Part shown: positions 31,886 through 40,901 of the stretch, in pieces | Numbering within the stretch: the first letter of the stretch is position 1 | Layout: every line of letters starts with the position of its first letter | NCBI GenBank assembly: GCA_036271975.1 | Contig: DATAZP010000045.1 | Location: forward strand, 18,018 to 82,017 | Origin: Kofleriaceae bacterium | GTDB taxonomy: Bacteria; Myxococcota_A; Polyangia; Haliangiales; Haliangiaceae | Direction of reading: 5' to 3' | Length of the DNA stretch: 64,000 nt | The notes under the pieces: model-generated | The model's input: the letters and a program-made list of their open reading frames with translations, nothing else | The model's database searches: none | What the model was told of the DNA's origin: nothing | Position numbers and translations under genes: made by a program

Positions 31886-34800
31886 GGCCGCGCCTGGCGC
31901 AGGCGCGCCTTGCCGTCGTCGATCGCGATCAGCTCGCGCAGCTCGGCGAGGCGGACGCCGCGCGCGATGCGGTCGACCACGCGCTCGGTGAGGCGCGCGA
32001 AGCCGAGCAGGCGCGCCGCGTCGCGCACGAGCTCGGTGGTGCCGACCGCGCGGTCGCCGAGGGCCGCGCGCTCGACGACGATGCGCGCCGCCGCGGCGAG
32101 CTCGGACAGCGGGACCTCGGTGATGTCGCGGCGCGCCTCGGGGCCGCTGCCGGCGACGCGGACCGCCGGGACTGCCGTCGGGTCCTGATCGAGGCGCCAC
32201 ACGACGCCGGTCTCCTCGCCCCAGCGGCCGCGGCCGGCGAGCGCGACGCGCACCTGGTCGATCACGCGCTGCGTGACGCGGCCGATGCCGAAGTACGCGC
32301 CGACGCGGCGCGCGAGCAGGTCGATGTGCACCGGCGCCTCGGCGGCGAGCACCTGCTCGACGACCTTGCCGAGCTCCGGCAGGTGGCGCGGCGAGAACAG
32401 ATCGTCGGGCGACCGCCGGCCGGCCGGGATGGCGGCGGCGGTGTACGGGCCGATCGCGATCGCGCCGCGCTCGAGGTGAACCGGCGACGTCGGCGCGTTG
32501 TCGACGAGCGCGGGCGTCGCGTCGGCGGTCAGCGCGGCCTCGGCGAGCGCGGCGGCGGTCGGCCCCGAGCCGGCGGCGAACGGCGCGGCCGGCGGGCGCG
32601 TCGCCGTGGCGGTGCGAGGCGCGGCCGGAGCCGAGCCGGCCACCGGCGGCGGCGAGCTCGGGCGCGCGAGCGCGCGGCCGGTCGACATCGTCTGCCGCGG
32701 CGCGCGCGGGCGCGCGGGCGCGCGGCGCTGCCGGCTCGCGGCGATCGCCGCGACGATCGCGCCGTGCGCGCGCTGGATCTCGCGCTCGGGGTCGAGCCAC
32801 CAGTCGATCGTCCACACGCGGTGCATGCGCCAGCCGAGCGCCGCGAGCTCCTGCGCGCGCAGGCGGTCGCGGTCGCGCGCGCCGGCGCCGGTCGCGTAGA
32901 CGGCGCCGTCGGTCTCGATCGCGAGCACGAAGCGGTCTCCGCCCGCCGGCTCGCTCGGGTCGACGACCGCGAGCTCGATGCGGTACGGCCCCGCGCCGAC
33001 CGCGTGGCGCAGCGTCCACCCGCGGTCGCCGAGCGCGCGCGCGATCGCCGCGGCGATCGGGCCGGCGGCCGCGCCGTCGCGGGCGGCGCGCGCCGCGGCG
33101 AGCTCGCGCGCGATCGGGTGCGCTTCGTCGGGCGACGCCACGACGAGCTGCTCGCGCGCGCGGGTCAGCGCGACCGCGAGCTGGCGCTCGCCGGCGTCGG
33201 CGGCGGCGTGCAGGATGACGACGTCTCGCGTCAGGCCGGCGGCGGCGTCGACGTGGCGCACGACGACCGGCTCGGCGACGTCGGCGGCCGCGTCGGGCTC
33301 GAACGCGGCGTCGAGCGCAGGGTCCGCCAGCCGCGCGGCGTCGAGCAGATCCTCGATCGCGGTGGCGTGCGCGCGGGTCAGCGCGATGACCGCGAGCGAG
33401 CGCGTGCGCTGCGCGGGGTCGCGCAGGCGCGCCACGACGTCGGCCGCGACCGCGGCGGCGTCGGCCTCGCGCCAGGTCACGCCGAGATCGGGCGAGCCGT
33501 GCGGCGCCGGTAGCACGACGAGGCGGTCGTCGTAGAAGCGCGCGTTGACCGGCGCGACGAGCTCGTCGTGGCGCGCGCGGTGCTGCCAGGTCAGCCGGCG
33601 CTCGGCCGCGCCGGCGGCGAGCGCGTCGGCGAGCACCCCGTCGCCCTGCTTCGCGTCTCCGACGAGCACGGCGACGTCGCCGCGGGCGAGCGCGCCGAGC
33701 GCGTGCGCGGTCGGCAGGTGCGACGCCTCGTCGATGACGACCAGGTCGAACCGCAGCGCGGGGTCGAGGTGACGCGCGACCGCGGCCGGCGTGCCGAGCA
33801 CGGCCGGCGCGAGGCGCGGCAGCAGCGCCGGGATGGCGGCGAGCGTGTCGCGCAGCGGGGCGCGATCGCGGGCGTCGCGCGCGGCGGTCGCGCCGGACAG
33901 CGAGGTGCGGGCGGTCGCGTCGCTCGTCGCGCGGGACATCGCGGTGCGCGCCGTGGTGTCGCGCGCGGACGTGCCGCGCGCGGCGGCGAGCAGCGCGTGA
34001 CCCTGCACCACCATCGGATCGAGATCGGCGTCGGCGTGCGGCGGCGTCCACCGCGGCAGGCGCGGCACGCGCTCGGCCACGCCGACGACGGCGCGCGCGC
34101 GCGCGAGCGCCAGCGCGCCGCGGTCGAGATCCGCGAACGCGGCGACGTGCGCGTCGAACGCGGTGCCGTGGAAGCCGGCGAGCGCCGGCGTCGCCGCGTG
34201 CTCGGCGTCGGCCCACGCGAGCAGCGCCGCGCGCTCCCACGCGCCGGCCAGCTCGGGCGCGCCGAGGTCGCCGCGCTCGATCGCCGCGATCGCGAGGTCG
34301 ACGCCGGCCGCGCGCGCGAACTCGCGCGCCGCGTGGAAGGTCGCCCAGGCGGGCAGCGCGTCCACGGCGGTCTCGAAGCCATCGAGCTGGTCGCGCAGCG
34401 CCGCCAGGTGGTCGGCGCCCGCGCCGAGCTCGTCGTGGCGAACGCCGGTGGCCGCCGCGAGCTCGACGAGCGCGGGCTCCCACGTCGCGACCGCCGCCGC
34501 GAGCCGCGCGAACGGCGCGAGCTCGTCGCGATCGTCGGTCGGCGCGCCGTCGCGCCGCGAACCCGCCGCGACGTGCGCGACCACCGCGCGCCACGCCGCC
34601 GGCCGCGCCGACTCCGGGATCGCGACGTCGTCGAACGCGCGCCGCAGCTCGCCGGCCCACGCGACCGCCGCGTCGACCTTCGTCAGGTCGACCGCGAGCG
34701 GATCGCCGCACAGCTCGCCGAACCAGCGCTTCGCGGGCTCCGCGGCGGCCTCGAGCGCCGCGCGGCACGCGCGCTCCGCGATCACCGCCTCGAGCGCGGC

Positions 34801-36648
34801 GATCGCGGCGTCGTCGGTGGCGAGCGCGCCTGGCATGGCGGCCGCCTCGACCTCGGCGCGCGCGGCGCGCAGCGCCATGTAGCGCAGCGGCGCCACGCGC
34901 CCGGTCCACCGGCGCAGCTGCGCCCACAGCTCGGGCGCGGCGAGGCGGTCGACGGCGCTCGTGAACACGTCGTCGACCTCGCGCGCGAGCACCCGGTGGC
35001 GCGCCGCGATCGCGACGAACGCCGCCGGATCGCGCGGCACCTCGACGGAGCCGCCACCGCGCGCGCGGATCAGCGCGACGGTCTCGCCGACATCGGGCTC
35101 GCGGCCGGCGCGCATCTGCGACACCAGCTCGGCGCCCGGGCGGGGCGACGCGGCGGCGAGCTGCGCGAACGCGCCGAGCGCGACCAGCTGTTGCGGCGTG
35201 CGCGCGAGCGCGCCGGGGACGAGCGCGGTGACCTCGGCGGCCGCGGCGGCGAGCTCGTCGCACGCGCGCGACGACGCGACGAGCGCGGCGCACGCGCGGT
35301 CGAGCCCGGCGGACGCGCACGCGGCGAGCGACGACCGCCGCCACGGATGCGACGCGACCGGCTCGACCGGCAGCGCGGCCTGCGCGAGCGCGACGACCGC
35401 GGTGACGCGGCGCTCGTAGGTGGCGCGATCGATCGCCGGCGTGTCGGTCTCGGCGAGCTCGGCGCGCGGCGTGCTGCGCAGCTCGACGAGCCGACCGAGC
35501 ACGTCGTGCAGCGAGCGCCCGAACGGGCCGACCGCGTGGAGCGCGCCGGCGAAGCCGTCGAGCTCGGCGCGCAGCGCGGCGAGCCGCGCGTCGTCGACGT
35601 TGACGCCGGCGACCGGGCGGAACGGCCGCTCGAGGACGCGCGCGAGCGCGGCGACGTGGTCGGTGGTGTCGTCGTGGAGCGCGAGCACGAGCTCGTCGAG
35701 GCCGACCGTGGCGAGCCGGCGGCGGACCGCGTCGAGCGCGGCGACGCGATCGCTGACGACGAGCAGCGACCGGCCCTGGCTCGCGCAGTGCGCGATCAGG
35801 TTGGCGATGGTCTGCGTGGCGCCGGTGCCGGCGGGCGCGTGCACGACGATCGCGCCGGTCGCGGTGCTCGCGGCGGCGATCGCGGCGAGCTGGTCGGCGT
35901 CGGCGTCGAGCGGCGCGAGGATGTCGGGCGCGGCGGGCCCGGGTCCGGCGGCCGCGTGGGCGGGCGCCGGCGCCGCGAGCAGGTGCCCGACCGCGCCGCG
36001 CGGAAGCTCGAGCGCCGCGACGTCGCGCGCGAGCGCGAGCTCGGCGACCGGCAGCACCGCGAGCACGCTGCCGCGGCTGACCTGCCAGCCGTCGCGCGTG
36101 ACCGCGGCGCCGGCGGCGGCCTCGAGCAGCGCCGCGAGATCGAGCGTGACGTCGAGCGCGAGCCCGTGATCGCGGCGGAGCGCGTCGACGAGCGCCGTGT
36201 TGAGCTCCGGCGCGAGCCGATCCGCGACCAGGCGCAGCGCGCCGCCGTCGCGCTCGAGCTCCACCGGCTGCAGCCACAGCGGCGCGGTGCGCGACGCGCC
36301 GCCGGCGTCGCGCCACGCGAGCGTGCCGAGCCCGAGGTACAGCGCGTGCGCGCCGCGGTCCTGGCGCGACGCGCGATGCGCCCGCCGCAGCGCGACGGTC
36401 CGCCGCGCGAGCTCGTCGGCCGGCAGCGCCGACCGCAGCCGCCCCGCCTCGAACGACCACTCGGCGCCCTGCCCGACCAGCTCGAACGCGCCGCCGCCGG
36501 CGAGCGCGAACAGCAGCCGCACCGCGTCGACGTCGGGCAGCGCCACGCTCGTCGCGCCGTCGAGGTCGACGAGCGGCCGCGTGGCCTCGACGAGGCTGGT
36601 CTTCCACGACTCGAGACGGGCGCGTGCGGGCTGGTCGACGAGGATCAC
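31879..36648 (-). CDS. DUF4011 + SF1 (Upf1-like AAA_11/AAA_12) helicase-like + PD-(D/E)xK (DUF559/MTES_1575-like) + DUF3320 protein (1589 aa), helicase motifs degenerate
   Basis: PLDADADQLAAIAAA...VVHAPAGTGATQTIANLIA (Walker A without Lys), DLVVIDEASHL (Walker B), VLVGDAKQ, RLTWQHRARHDELVAPVNARFY, LAVALTRAREQLVV. Nuclease-like block: YRIELAVVDP...FVLAIETDGAVYATGAGARDRDRLRAQELAALGWRMHRVWTIDWW. DUF3320-like: HIDLLARRVGAYFGIGRVTQRVIDQVRVAL. GTG start at 36648. Confidence 0.8.
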   Translation of the reverse strand: MILVDQPARARLESWKTSLVEATRPLVDLDGATSVALPDVDAVRLLFALAGGGAFELVGQGAEWSFEAGRLRSALPADELARRTVALRRAHRASRQDRGAHALYLGLGTLAWRDAGGASRTAPLWLQPVELERDGGALRLVADRLAPELNTALVDALRRDHGLALDVTLDLAALLEAAAGAAVTRDGWQVSRGSVLAVLPVAELALARDVAALELPRGAVGHLLAAPAPAHAAAGPGPAAPDILAPLDADADQLAAIAAASTATGAIVVHAPAGTGATQTIANLIAHCASQGRSLLVVSDRVAALDAVRRRLATVGLDELVLALHDDTTDHVAALARVLERPFRPVAGVNVDDARLAALRAELDGFAGALHAVGPFGRSLHDVLGRLVELRSTPRAELAETDTPAIDRATYERRVTAVVALAQAALPVEPVASHPWRRSSLAACASAGLDRACAALVASSRACDELAAAAAEVTALVPGALARTPQQLVALGAFAQLAAASPRPGAELVSQMRAGREPDVGETVALIRARGGGSVEVPRDPAAFVAIAARHRVLAREVDDVFTSAVDRLAAPELWAQLRRWTGRVAPLRYMALRAARAEVEAAAMPGALATDDAAIAALEAVIAERACRAALEAAAEPAKRWFGELCGDPLAVDLTKVDAAVAWAGELRRAFDDVAIPESARPAAWRAVVAHVAAGSRRDGAPTDDRDELAPFARLAAAVATWEPALVELAAATGVRHDELGAGADHLAALRDQLDGFETAVDALPAWATFHAAREFARAAGVDLAIAAIERGDLGAPELAGAWERAALLAWADAEHAATPALAGFHGTAFDAHVAAFADLDRGALALARARAVVGVAERVPRLPRWTPPHADADLDPMVVQGHALLAAARGTSARDTTARTAMSRATSDATARTSLSGATAARDARDRAPLRDTLAAIPALLPRLAPAVLGTPAAVARHLDPALRFDLVVIDEASHLPTAHALGALARGDVAVLVGDAKQGDGVLADALAAGAAERRLTWQHRARHDELVAPVNARFYDDRLVVLPAPHGSPDLGVTWREADAAAVAADVVARLRDPAQRTRSLAVIALTRAHATAIEDLLDAARLADPALDAAFEPDAAADVAEPVVVRHVDAAAGLTRDVVILHAAADAGERQLAVALTRAREQLVVASPDEAHPIARELAAARAARDGAAAGPIAAAIARALGDRGWTLRHAVGAGPYRIELAVVDPSEPAGGDRFVLAIETDGAVYATGAGARDRDRLRAQELAALGWRMHRVWTIDWWLDPEREIQRAHGAIVAAIAASRQRRAPARPRAPRQTMSTGRALARPSSPPPVAGSAPAAPRTATATRPPAAPFAAGSGPTAAALAEAALTADATPALVDNAPTSPVHLERGAIAIGPYTAAAIPAGRRSPDDLFSPRHLPELGKVVEQVLAAEAPVHIDLLARRVGAYFGIGRVTQRVIDQVRVALAGRGRWGEETGVVWRLDQDPTAVPAVRVAGSGPEARRDITEVPLSELAAAARIVVERAALGDRAVGTTELVRDAARLLGFARLTERVVDRIARGVRLAELRELIAIDDGKARLRQARPQ

Positions 36649-36680
36649 CGGACGAATCTACGCCCGTGGATCCGGGGACC

Positions 36681-36713
36681 AAGAAAACGGCCGGGTGCCG
36701 GGATCTCTCCCGG
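36681..36713 (-). terminator. Candidate intrinsic terminator/attenuator between the ARH and helicase-like genes
   Basis: The minus strand immediately after the ARH stop reads CCGGGA-GAGA-TCCCGG (6-bp stem), then CACCCGGCCG, then TTTTCTT. A T-tract is rare in this GC-rich sequence. Confidence 0.35.
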
Positions 36714-37745
36714 CTACGTGCCGCGAACGAGGCCCAGCAGCCACCGCGGGTGATGGCGGTCCGCCCACTCCGCGCCGCCGTTCTGGACCGCCGCCAGCAC
36801 GCGCTCGCGCCACGCCGCCGGGATGGCGGCCACGCCGTCGCGCGCGCCGACCAGCGCGCCGACGATCGCCGCGTTGGTGTCGGCGTCGCCGCCGCGTGAC
36901 GCGACGTCGACCACCGCGGCGCGCCACGACGGCGCGTGCACCGCGTGCCACATCGCGAGCCGGAACGCGACGCGCACGAAGCCGGCCGTGCGATGCAGGT
37001 GTAGCTCGTCGCCGTACACGCCGGGCTCGGCCGCCAGCGCCGCGTCGAGGTCGCTCGCGATCGCGTGCGCCGCCGCGTCGATCGCCGCGACGTCCGCCGG
37101 GTCGTCGCGCCACGCGCGCGCGAGGTAGGCGCGCGCCGCGTCGGCGCCGAGCCGCGCCTGCGCGACGACATCGCCGCCGCCGCGGAGCGCGCTCGCCATC
37201 GCGACCACGTAGCCGGCGCACGCGAGCGCGCACCGCGGATCGGCGTGCGTGATCAGCGACTCGTCGACCGCGCCGCGCGCGAGCGCCGCGACGTCGCCGA
37301 GCTTCGCCGAGCCCCACACCGCGAGCGGCGCGATCCGCATCAGCGAGCCGTTGCCCGCGGCCATCCGCCCGCTGTCCCGCCACACGCCGCGCGCCGCCTG
37401 CGACGGCGACTCGCCGCGCGCGAGCCGCCGGATCGACGCGCGGGTCTGCGAGCCGACGTCGAACGCCTCGGGCTCCCACGCCACGTAGCGCCGCGCGACG
37501 TCCGCGAGGTCCAGCCCGGCGCGCTCCTGCAGGCTGCGCGCGAGGCACACCGCGAGCTGCGTGTCGTCGGTGATCTGCCCGGGCGCCAGCCCGAACGGCC
37601 CCGCGCCCACGACGTCGATCGCCGGCCCGGTCGCGAGCGCCGGATAGGCCGGCTGCGCGATGCGCTCGAACTCGTACGTCGTCCCGAGCGCGTCGCCGAC
37701 GGCGAGCCCCATCAGCGCGCCCTCGGCGCGGTCGCTCCATTCCAT
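36714..37745 (-). CDS. ADP-ribosylglycohydrolase family protein (343 aa)
   Basis: GLAVGDALGTTYEF, GQITDDTQLA, GNGSLMRIAP, RGGDADTNAAIVGALVGA. The metal-binding motifs are intact. Confidence 0.85.
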   Translation of the reverse strand: MEWSDRAEGALMGLAVGDALGTTYEFERIAQPAYPALATGPAIDVVGAGPFGLAPGQITDDTQLAVCLARSLQERAGLDLADVARRYVAWEPEAFDVGSQTRASIRRLARGESPSQAARGVWRDSGRMAAGNGSLMRIAPLAVWGSAKLGDVAALARGAVDESLITHADPRCALACAGYVVAMASALRGGGDVVAQARLGADAARAYLARAWRDDPADVAAIDAAAHAIASDLDAALAAEPGVYGDELHLHRTAGFVRVAFRLAMWHAVHAPSWRAAVVDVASRGGDADTNAAIVGALVGARDGVAAIPAAWRERVLAAVQNGGAEWADRHHPRWLLGLVRGT

Positions 37746-37794
37746 CGTGTCACGGTAACACTATCTTCGCGCGCGTCAAGCGGTACCATGTGCC

Positions 37795-38967
37795 GTGCTC
37801 GACGACTGGGCTCTCGATCCCGCGATCGTCCACCTCAACCACGGCTCGTACGGCGGCTGCCCGCGCGCCGTGGTCGCCGCGGCCGCCGCGACGCGCGCGC
37901 GGGTCGAGGCCGCGCCGATGACCTACTACGGCCTGCACTGGCAGCGCGAGCTCGACGCCGCGCGCGCCCGCGCCGCCGCGTTCGTCGGCGCCGACCCGGC
38001 GCGCTTCGCGTTCGTGCCCGGCGCGACCGCGGGCGTCGCCGTCGCGCTCGCGGCCGCCGCGCACGCGCTCGCCGCCGGCGACGAGCTGCTGACCACGTCG
38101 CACGCGTACCGCGCGTGCAAGAACCAGCTCGCGCGGATCGCGGACGCGCGCGGCGCGCGCCTCGTCGTCGTCCCGATCGCGCTGCCGTTCGATCCCGACG
38201 CGCTCGTCGACGCGCTGCTCGCCGCGGTCACCCCGCGCACGCGCGTCGCGCTGCTCGATCACGTCACGAGCCCGACCGCGCTCGTGTTGCCCGTCGACCG
38301 GCTCGTGCCCGCGCTCGCCGCGCGCGGCGTCGCCACCGTCGTCGACGGCGCGCACGCGCCCGGGCAGCTCGAGCTCGCCGTCGACGCGCTCGGGGCCGGC
38401 TGGTACATCGGCAACCATCACAAGTGGCTGTGCGCGCCCAAGGCGACCGGCTTCCTGGTCACCGCCGCGAGCGAGGCCGCGCGGACGCTGCCGGTCGTGA
38501 CGTCGCACGGCGCGAGCGCCGACTACGGCCCGCCGAACCGCTATCACGCCGAGCTCGACTGGGCCGGCACGCACGACCCCGCCGCGCACCTCGCGGTCCC
38601 GGTCGCGATCGACGAGGTCGCGCGCCTCGGCGGCGGCTGGCCCGCGATCCGCGCGCGCAACCACGCGCTCGCCGTCGCGATGCGCGACCAGCTCGCGGCC
38701 GCGCTCGCCGCGCCCGGCCACCGCCCGCGCGCGCTCGCGCCCGACGCCGCGATCGGCGCGATGGCCGCGGTCCCGATCGCGCTGCCCGCCGGCACGCCCG
38801 CGCTCGCGCTCCAGCTCGCGCTGCTCGCCGCCGGCTGGGAGGTCCCGATCGTCGACGTCCCCGACGGCACCTTCGTGCGCGTGTCGGCGCACCTCTACAA
38901 CGAGCTGTCCCAGCTCGACGCGCTCGCCCGCGAGCTCCATGCCCGCGGCGTGCGCGCGCGCGGCTAG
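37795..38967 (+). CDS. Class-V aminotransferase (isopenicillin-N-epimerase / cysteine-desulfurase-like), 390 aa
   Basis: HLNHGSYGGCP, TSHAYRACKN, VVDGAHAPGQ, GNHHKWLCAPKATGFL (PLP Lys). GTG start. Confidence 0.75.
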   Translation: MLDDWALDPAIVHLNHGSYGGCPRAVVAAAAATRARVEAAPMTYYGLHWQRELDAARARAAAFVGADPARFAFVPGATAGVAVALAAAAHALAAGDELLTTSHAYRACKNQLARIADARGARLVVVPIALPFDPDALVDALLAAVTPRTRVALLDHVTSPTALVLPVDRLVPALAARGVATVVDGAHAPGQLELAVDALGAGWYIGNHHKWLCAPKATGFLVTAASEAARTLPVVTSHGASADYGPPNRYHAELDWAGTHDPAAHLAVPVAIDEVARLGGGWPAIRARNHALAVAMRDQLAAALAAPGHRPRALAPDAAIGAMAAVPIALPAGTPALALQLALLAAGWEVPIVDVPDGTFVRVSAHLYNELSQLDALARELHARGVRARG

Positions 38968-40442
38968 ATCTTCTTGTTGCGGCGCTGCTGGAAGCTGTAC
39001 GGCCGGTGCGACGGGCCCTTCTTGTCCGGGTCGTCGCCGTCCGCGCCGTCGATCGGCGTGCCCATCAGCGGCTCTTCCGCGCCCGGCCGGAACTTGATCG
39101 CCGACAGCGGGCTGTCGCCGACCAGCACCTGGTTCTGCCGATCGAGCAGCAGCTCCATACCCTCGAGCTTGTCGATGTCGTCGAGGATGTCGTCGACGCT
39201 CGCGTAGCGCTCGGCGCGCCCGTCGCGCGTCATGCGATCGAAGATGTCGTCGATGCCCTTGGGCAGGTTCGGGTTGATCTGCGACGGCATCGGCGACCGC
39301 CGCCCCGGCAGCTTCCGGGTCAGCAGCTCGTAGAAGATGATGCCGAGCGCGTAGATGTCGCCCTGCGGCCCCGAGATCAGCGGGTCCGAGTACAGCTCCG
39401 GCGCCATGTACGCCACGTTCCCCATGCCGACGTAGATCTGCCGGATCACCGCGTGATCGCGCTCGACGATCCGCGTGAACCCGAAGTCGCTGACCTTGAC
39501 GTTGCCGTAGCCGTCGATCAGCAGCTGCTCGGGCTTGAGCCCGCGGTGGTACACGCGCTGCGCGTGCGCCGCCCGCAGCGCGTGCAGCGTCTGCAGCAGG
39601 TACTTGAACACCAGCTCGACGGGGATCTCCTCGGCGTCGTTGATCAACCGCCGCGTCGAGCCGTTCGGCGCGAGCTCGGTGACGACGTTCGGATACTCGG
39701 CGTACAGGTTGACGTCGTGGATCGGCAGGATGTTCGGGTGCGCGAGGTTTCCCCACGCGCGCACGACATCGGTGAACCGCCGCACGATCTCGTTGCGCTG
39801 GTCCTCGCTGAAGAAGCTGAACAGGTCGCGCACTTCCTTGAGCGCGACCTCGCGGTTCAGCGCGACCTGCCGCGCGCGATAGACCGTGCCCATGCCGCCG
39901 CTTCCGATCGAGGCCAGCTTCTCGTAGCGGACCTCGTCGCCGCCGCCGCCGCCCCCGATCTCGCCACCAGCCACCGCCGCGTTTCGCCCACCGGAGCTTT
40001 GCACTTTCGGGTCCTTTCGCGGCAGAGGCGCCGCCGCCGATTCCTCGCGCCGCATCGGAGGCTCCTGCGATCGCAACAGGCCGGACTGGGTCCCCATCGG
40101 GACCTGCGGACCGACCGCCGCCATCGCGCGGCTCTGGCGCAGCTTCTTGAAGTGCGAGACCGCGCGCTCGGTGAACTCCGCGAGGTTGCCCCCGTTGACG
40201 ACGGCCTCGCCGTCGGGCGTCACCTCGAGGTTCTCGGTCGCGCGATCGTGCCGCAGGTATCCAGACTTCTCGAGGAAGCCGATGTACTCGGCGAACGGGA
40301 TCGAGACCGCGCCCTCGCACACCCGACGGATGTCGTCGTAGCGGTTCTGCCGGCCGTACCGCGCTTCGGCCATGACGTTGGCCAGGATGAAGCGAGCCTC
40401 TTCGCAGAGGACTTCTTTCGTGACCTTGGCGCGGCCTTCCAT
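38964..40442 (-). CDS. Ser/Thr protein-kinase-like protein with substituted catalytic loop (predicted pseudokinase), N-terminal winged-helix-like domain (492 aa)
   Basis: IGSGGMGTVYRA, VALKEV, VSDFGF and YMAPELY are present, but the catalytic loop reads YHRGLKPEQ instead of HRDLKPEN (checked on DNA: cac cgc ggg, plus-strand 39540-39548). Confidence 0.8.
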   Translation of the reverse strand: MEGRAKVTKEVLCEEARFILANVMAEARYGRQNRYDDIRRVCEGAVSIPFAEYIGFLEKSGYLRHDRATENLEVTPDGEAVVNGGNLAEFTERAVSHFKKLRQSRAMAAVGPQVPMGTQSGLLRSQEPPMRREESAAAPLPRKDPKVQSSGGRNAAVAGGEIGGGGGGDEVRYEKLASIGSGGMGTVYRARQVALNREVALKEVRDLFSFFSEDQRNEIVRRFTDVVRAWGNLAHPNILPIHDVNLYAEYPNVVTELAPNGSTRRLINDAEEIPVELVFKYLLQTLHALRAAHAQRVYHRGLKPEQLLIDGYGNVKVSDFGFTRIVERDHAVIRQIYVGMGNVAYMAPELYSDPLISGPQGDIYALGIIFYELLTRKLPGRRSPMPSQINPNLPKGIDDIFDRMTRDGRAERYASVDDILDDIDKLEGMELLLDRQNQVLVGDSPLSAIKFRPGAEEPLMGTPIDGADGDDPDKKGPSHRPYSFQQRRNKKI

Positions 40443-40475
40443 CGACGGAATTGTAGGCAGCGATGCGCGGCACGG

Positions 40476-40901
40476 TCAATGAAGCGGCGGCACGCCCTCT
40501 CGGCGAAGTCGCTCGACGAGCGGGCGGTCGGCCGGCAGGATGTCGTAGCCGGCGAGCCCCGCGGGGGCGACCCACGCGAGATCCGCGACCTCGACGGCGC
40601 GCGGCTCGGGGCTCGCCGCGTCGAGCCGGCAGGCGTAGACGAGCATGACGAGGTCGAACTCGGGATAGGCGTGGAACAGCACGTCCCAGATGCGGCCGAC
40701 GACCGCGTCGACGCCGAGCTCCTCGCGCAGCTCGCGCGCGAGCGCGGCGACCGGGGCCTCGCCGGGCTCGACCTTGCCGCCCGGGAACTCCCACTGCAGC
40801 GGCAGGCTCTGATCGGCGCGGCGCTGGGTGACGAGCACGCCGCGGTCTCCGAGGATCAGCCCCGCGACGACGAGCTTGCGCGCGCGCGCCGGCGCGGTCA
40901 T
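40476..40901 (-). CDS. NUDIX hydrolase (MutT-like), 141 aa
   Basis: Nudix box GGKVEPGEAPVAALARELREELGV. The ATG at 40901 overlaps the upstream stop (ATGA). Confidence 0.85.
   Translation of the reverse strand: MTAPARARKLVVAGLILGDRGVLVTQRRADQSLPLQWEFPGGKVEPGEAPVAALARELREELGVDAVVGRIWDVLFHAYPEFDLVMLVYACRLDAASPEPRAVEVADLAWVAPAGLAGYDILPADRPLVERLRREGVPPLH

Noticed and set aside
31670-37171. 1833-aa minus ORF (31670..37171) and 1061-aa plus ORF (33568..36753) overlapping the helicase-like gene.
   Set aside because: They are Arg-rich, low-complexity translations in alternative frames or antisense. The 31879..36648 frame carries DUF4011, helicase, nuclease and DUF3320 motifs.
37752-37779. Sigma-70-like TTGACG-N16-TACCGT on the minus strand, just upstream of the ARH ATG.
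   Set aside because: The -10 hexamer is poor (3 of 6) and would give an essentially leaderless mRNA. Myxobacterial promoter consensus is loose, so this is not supportable without TSS data.
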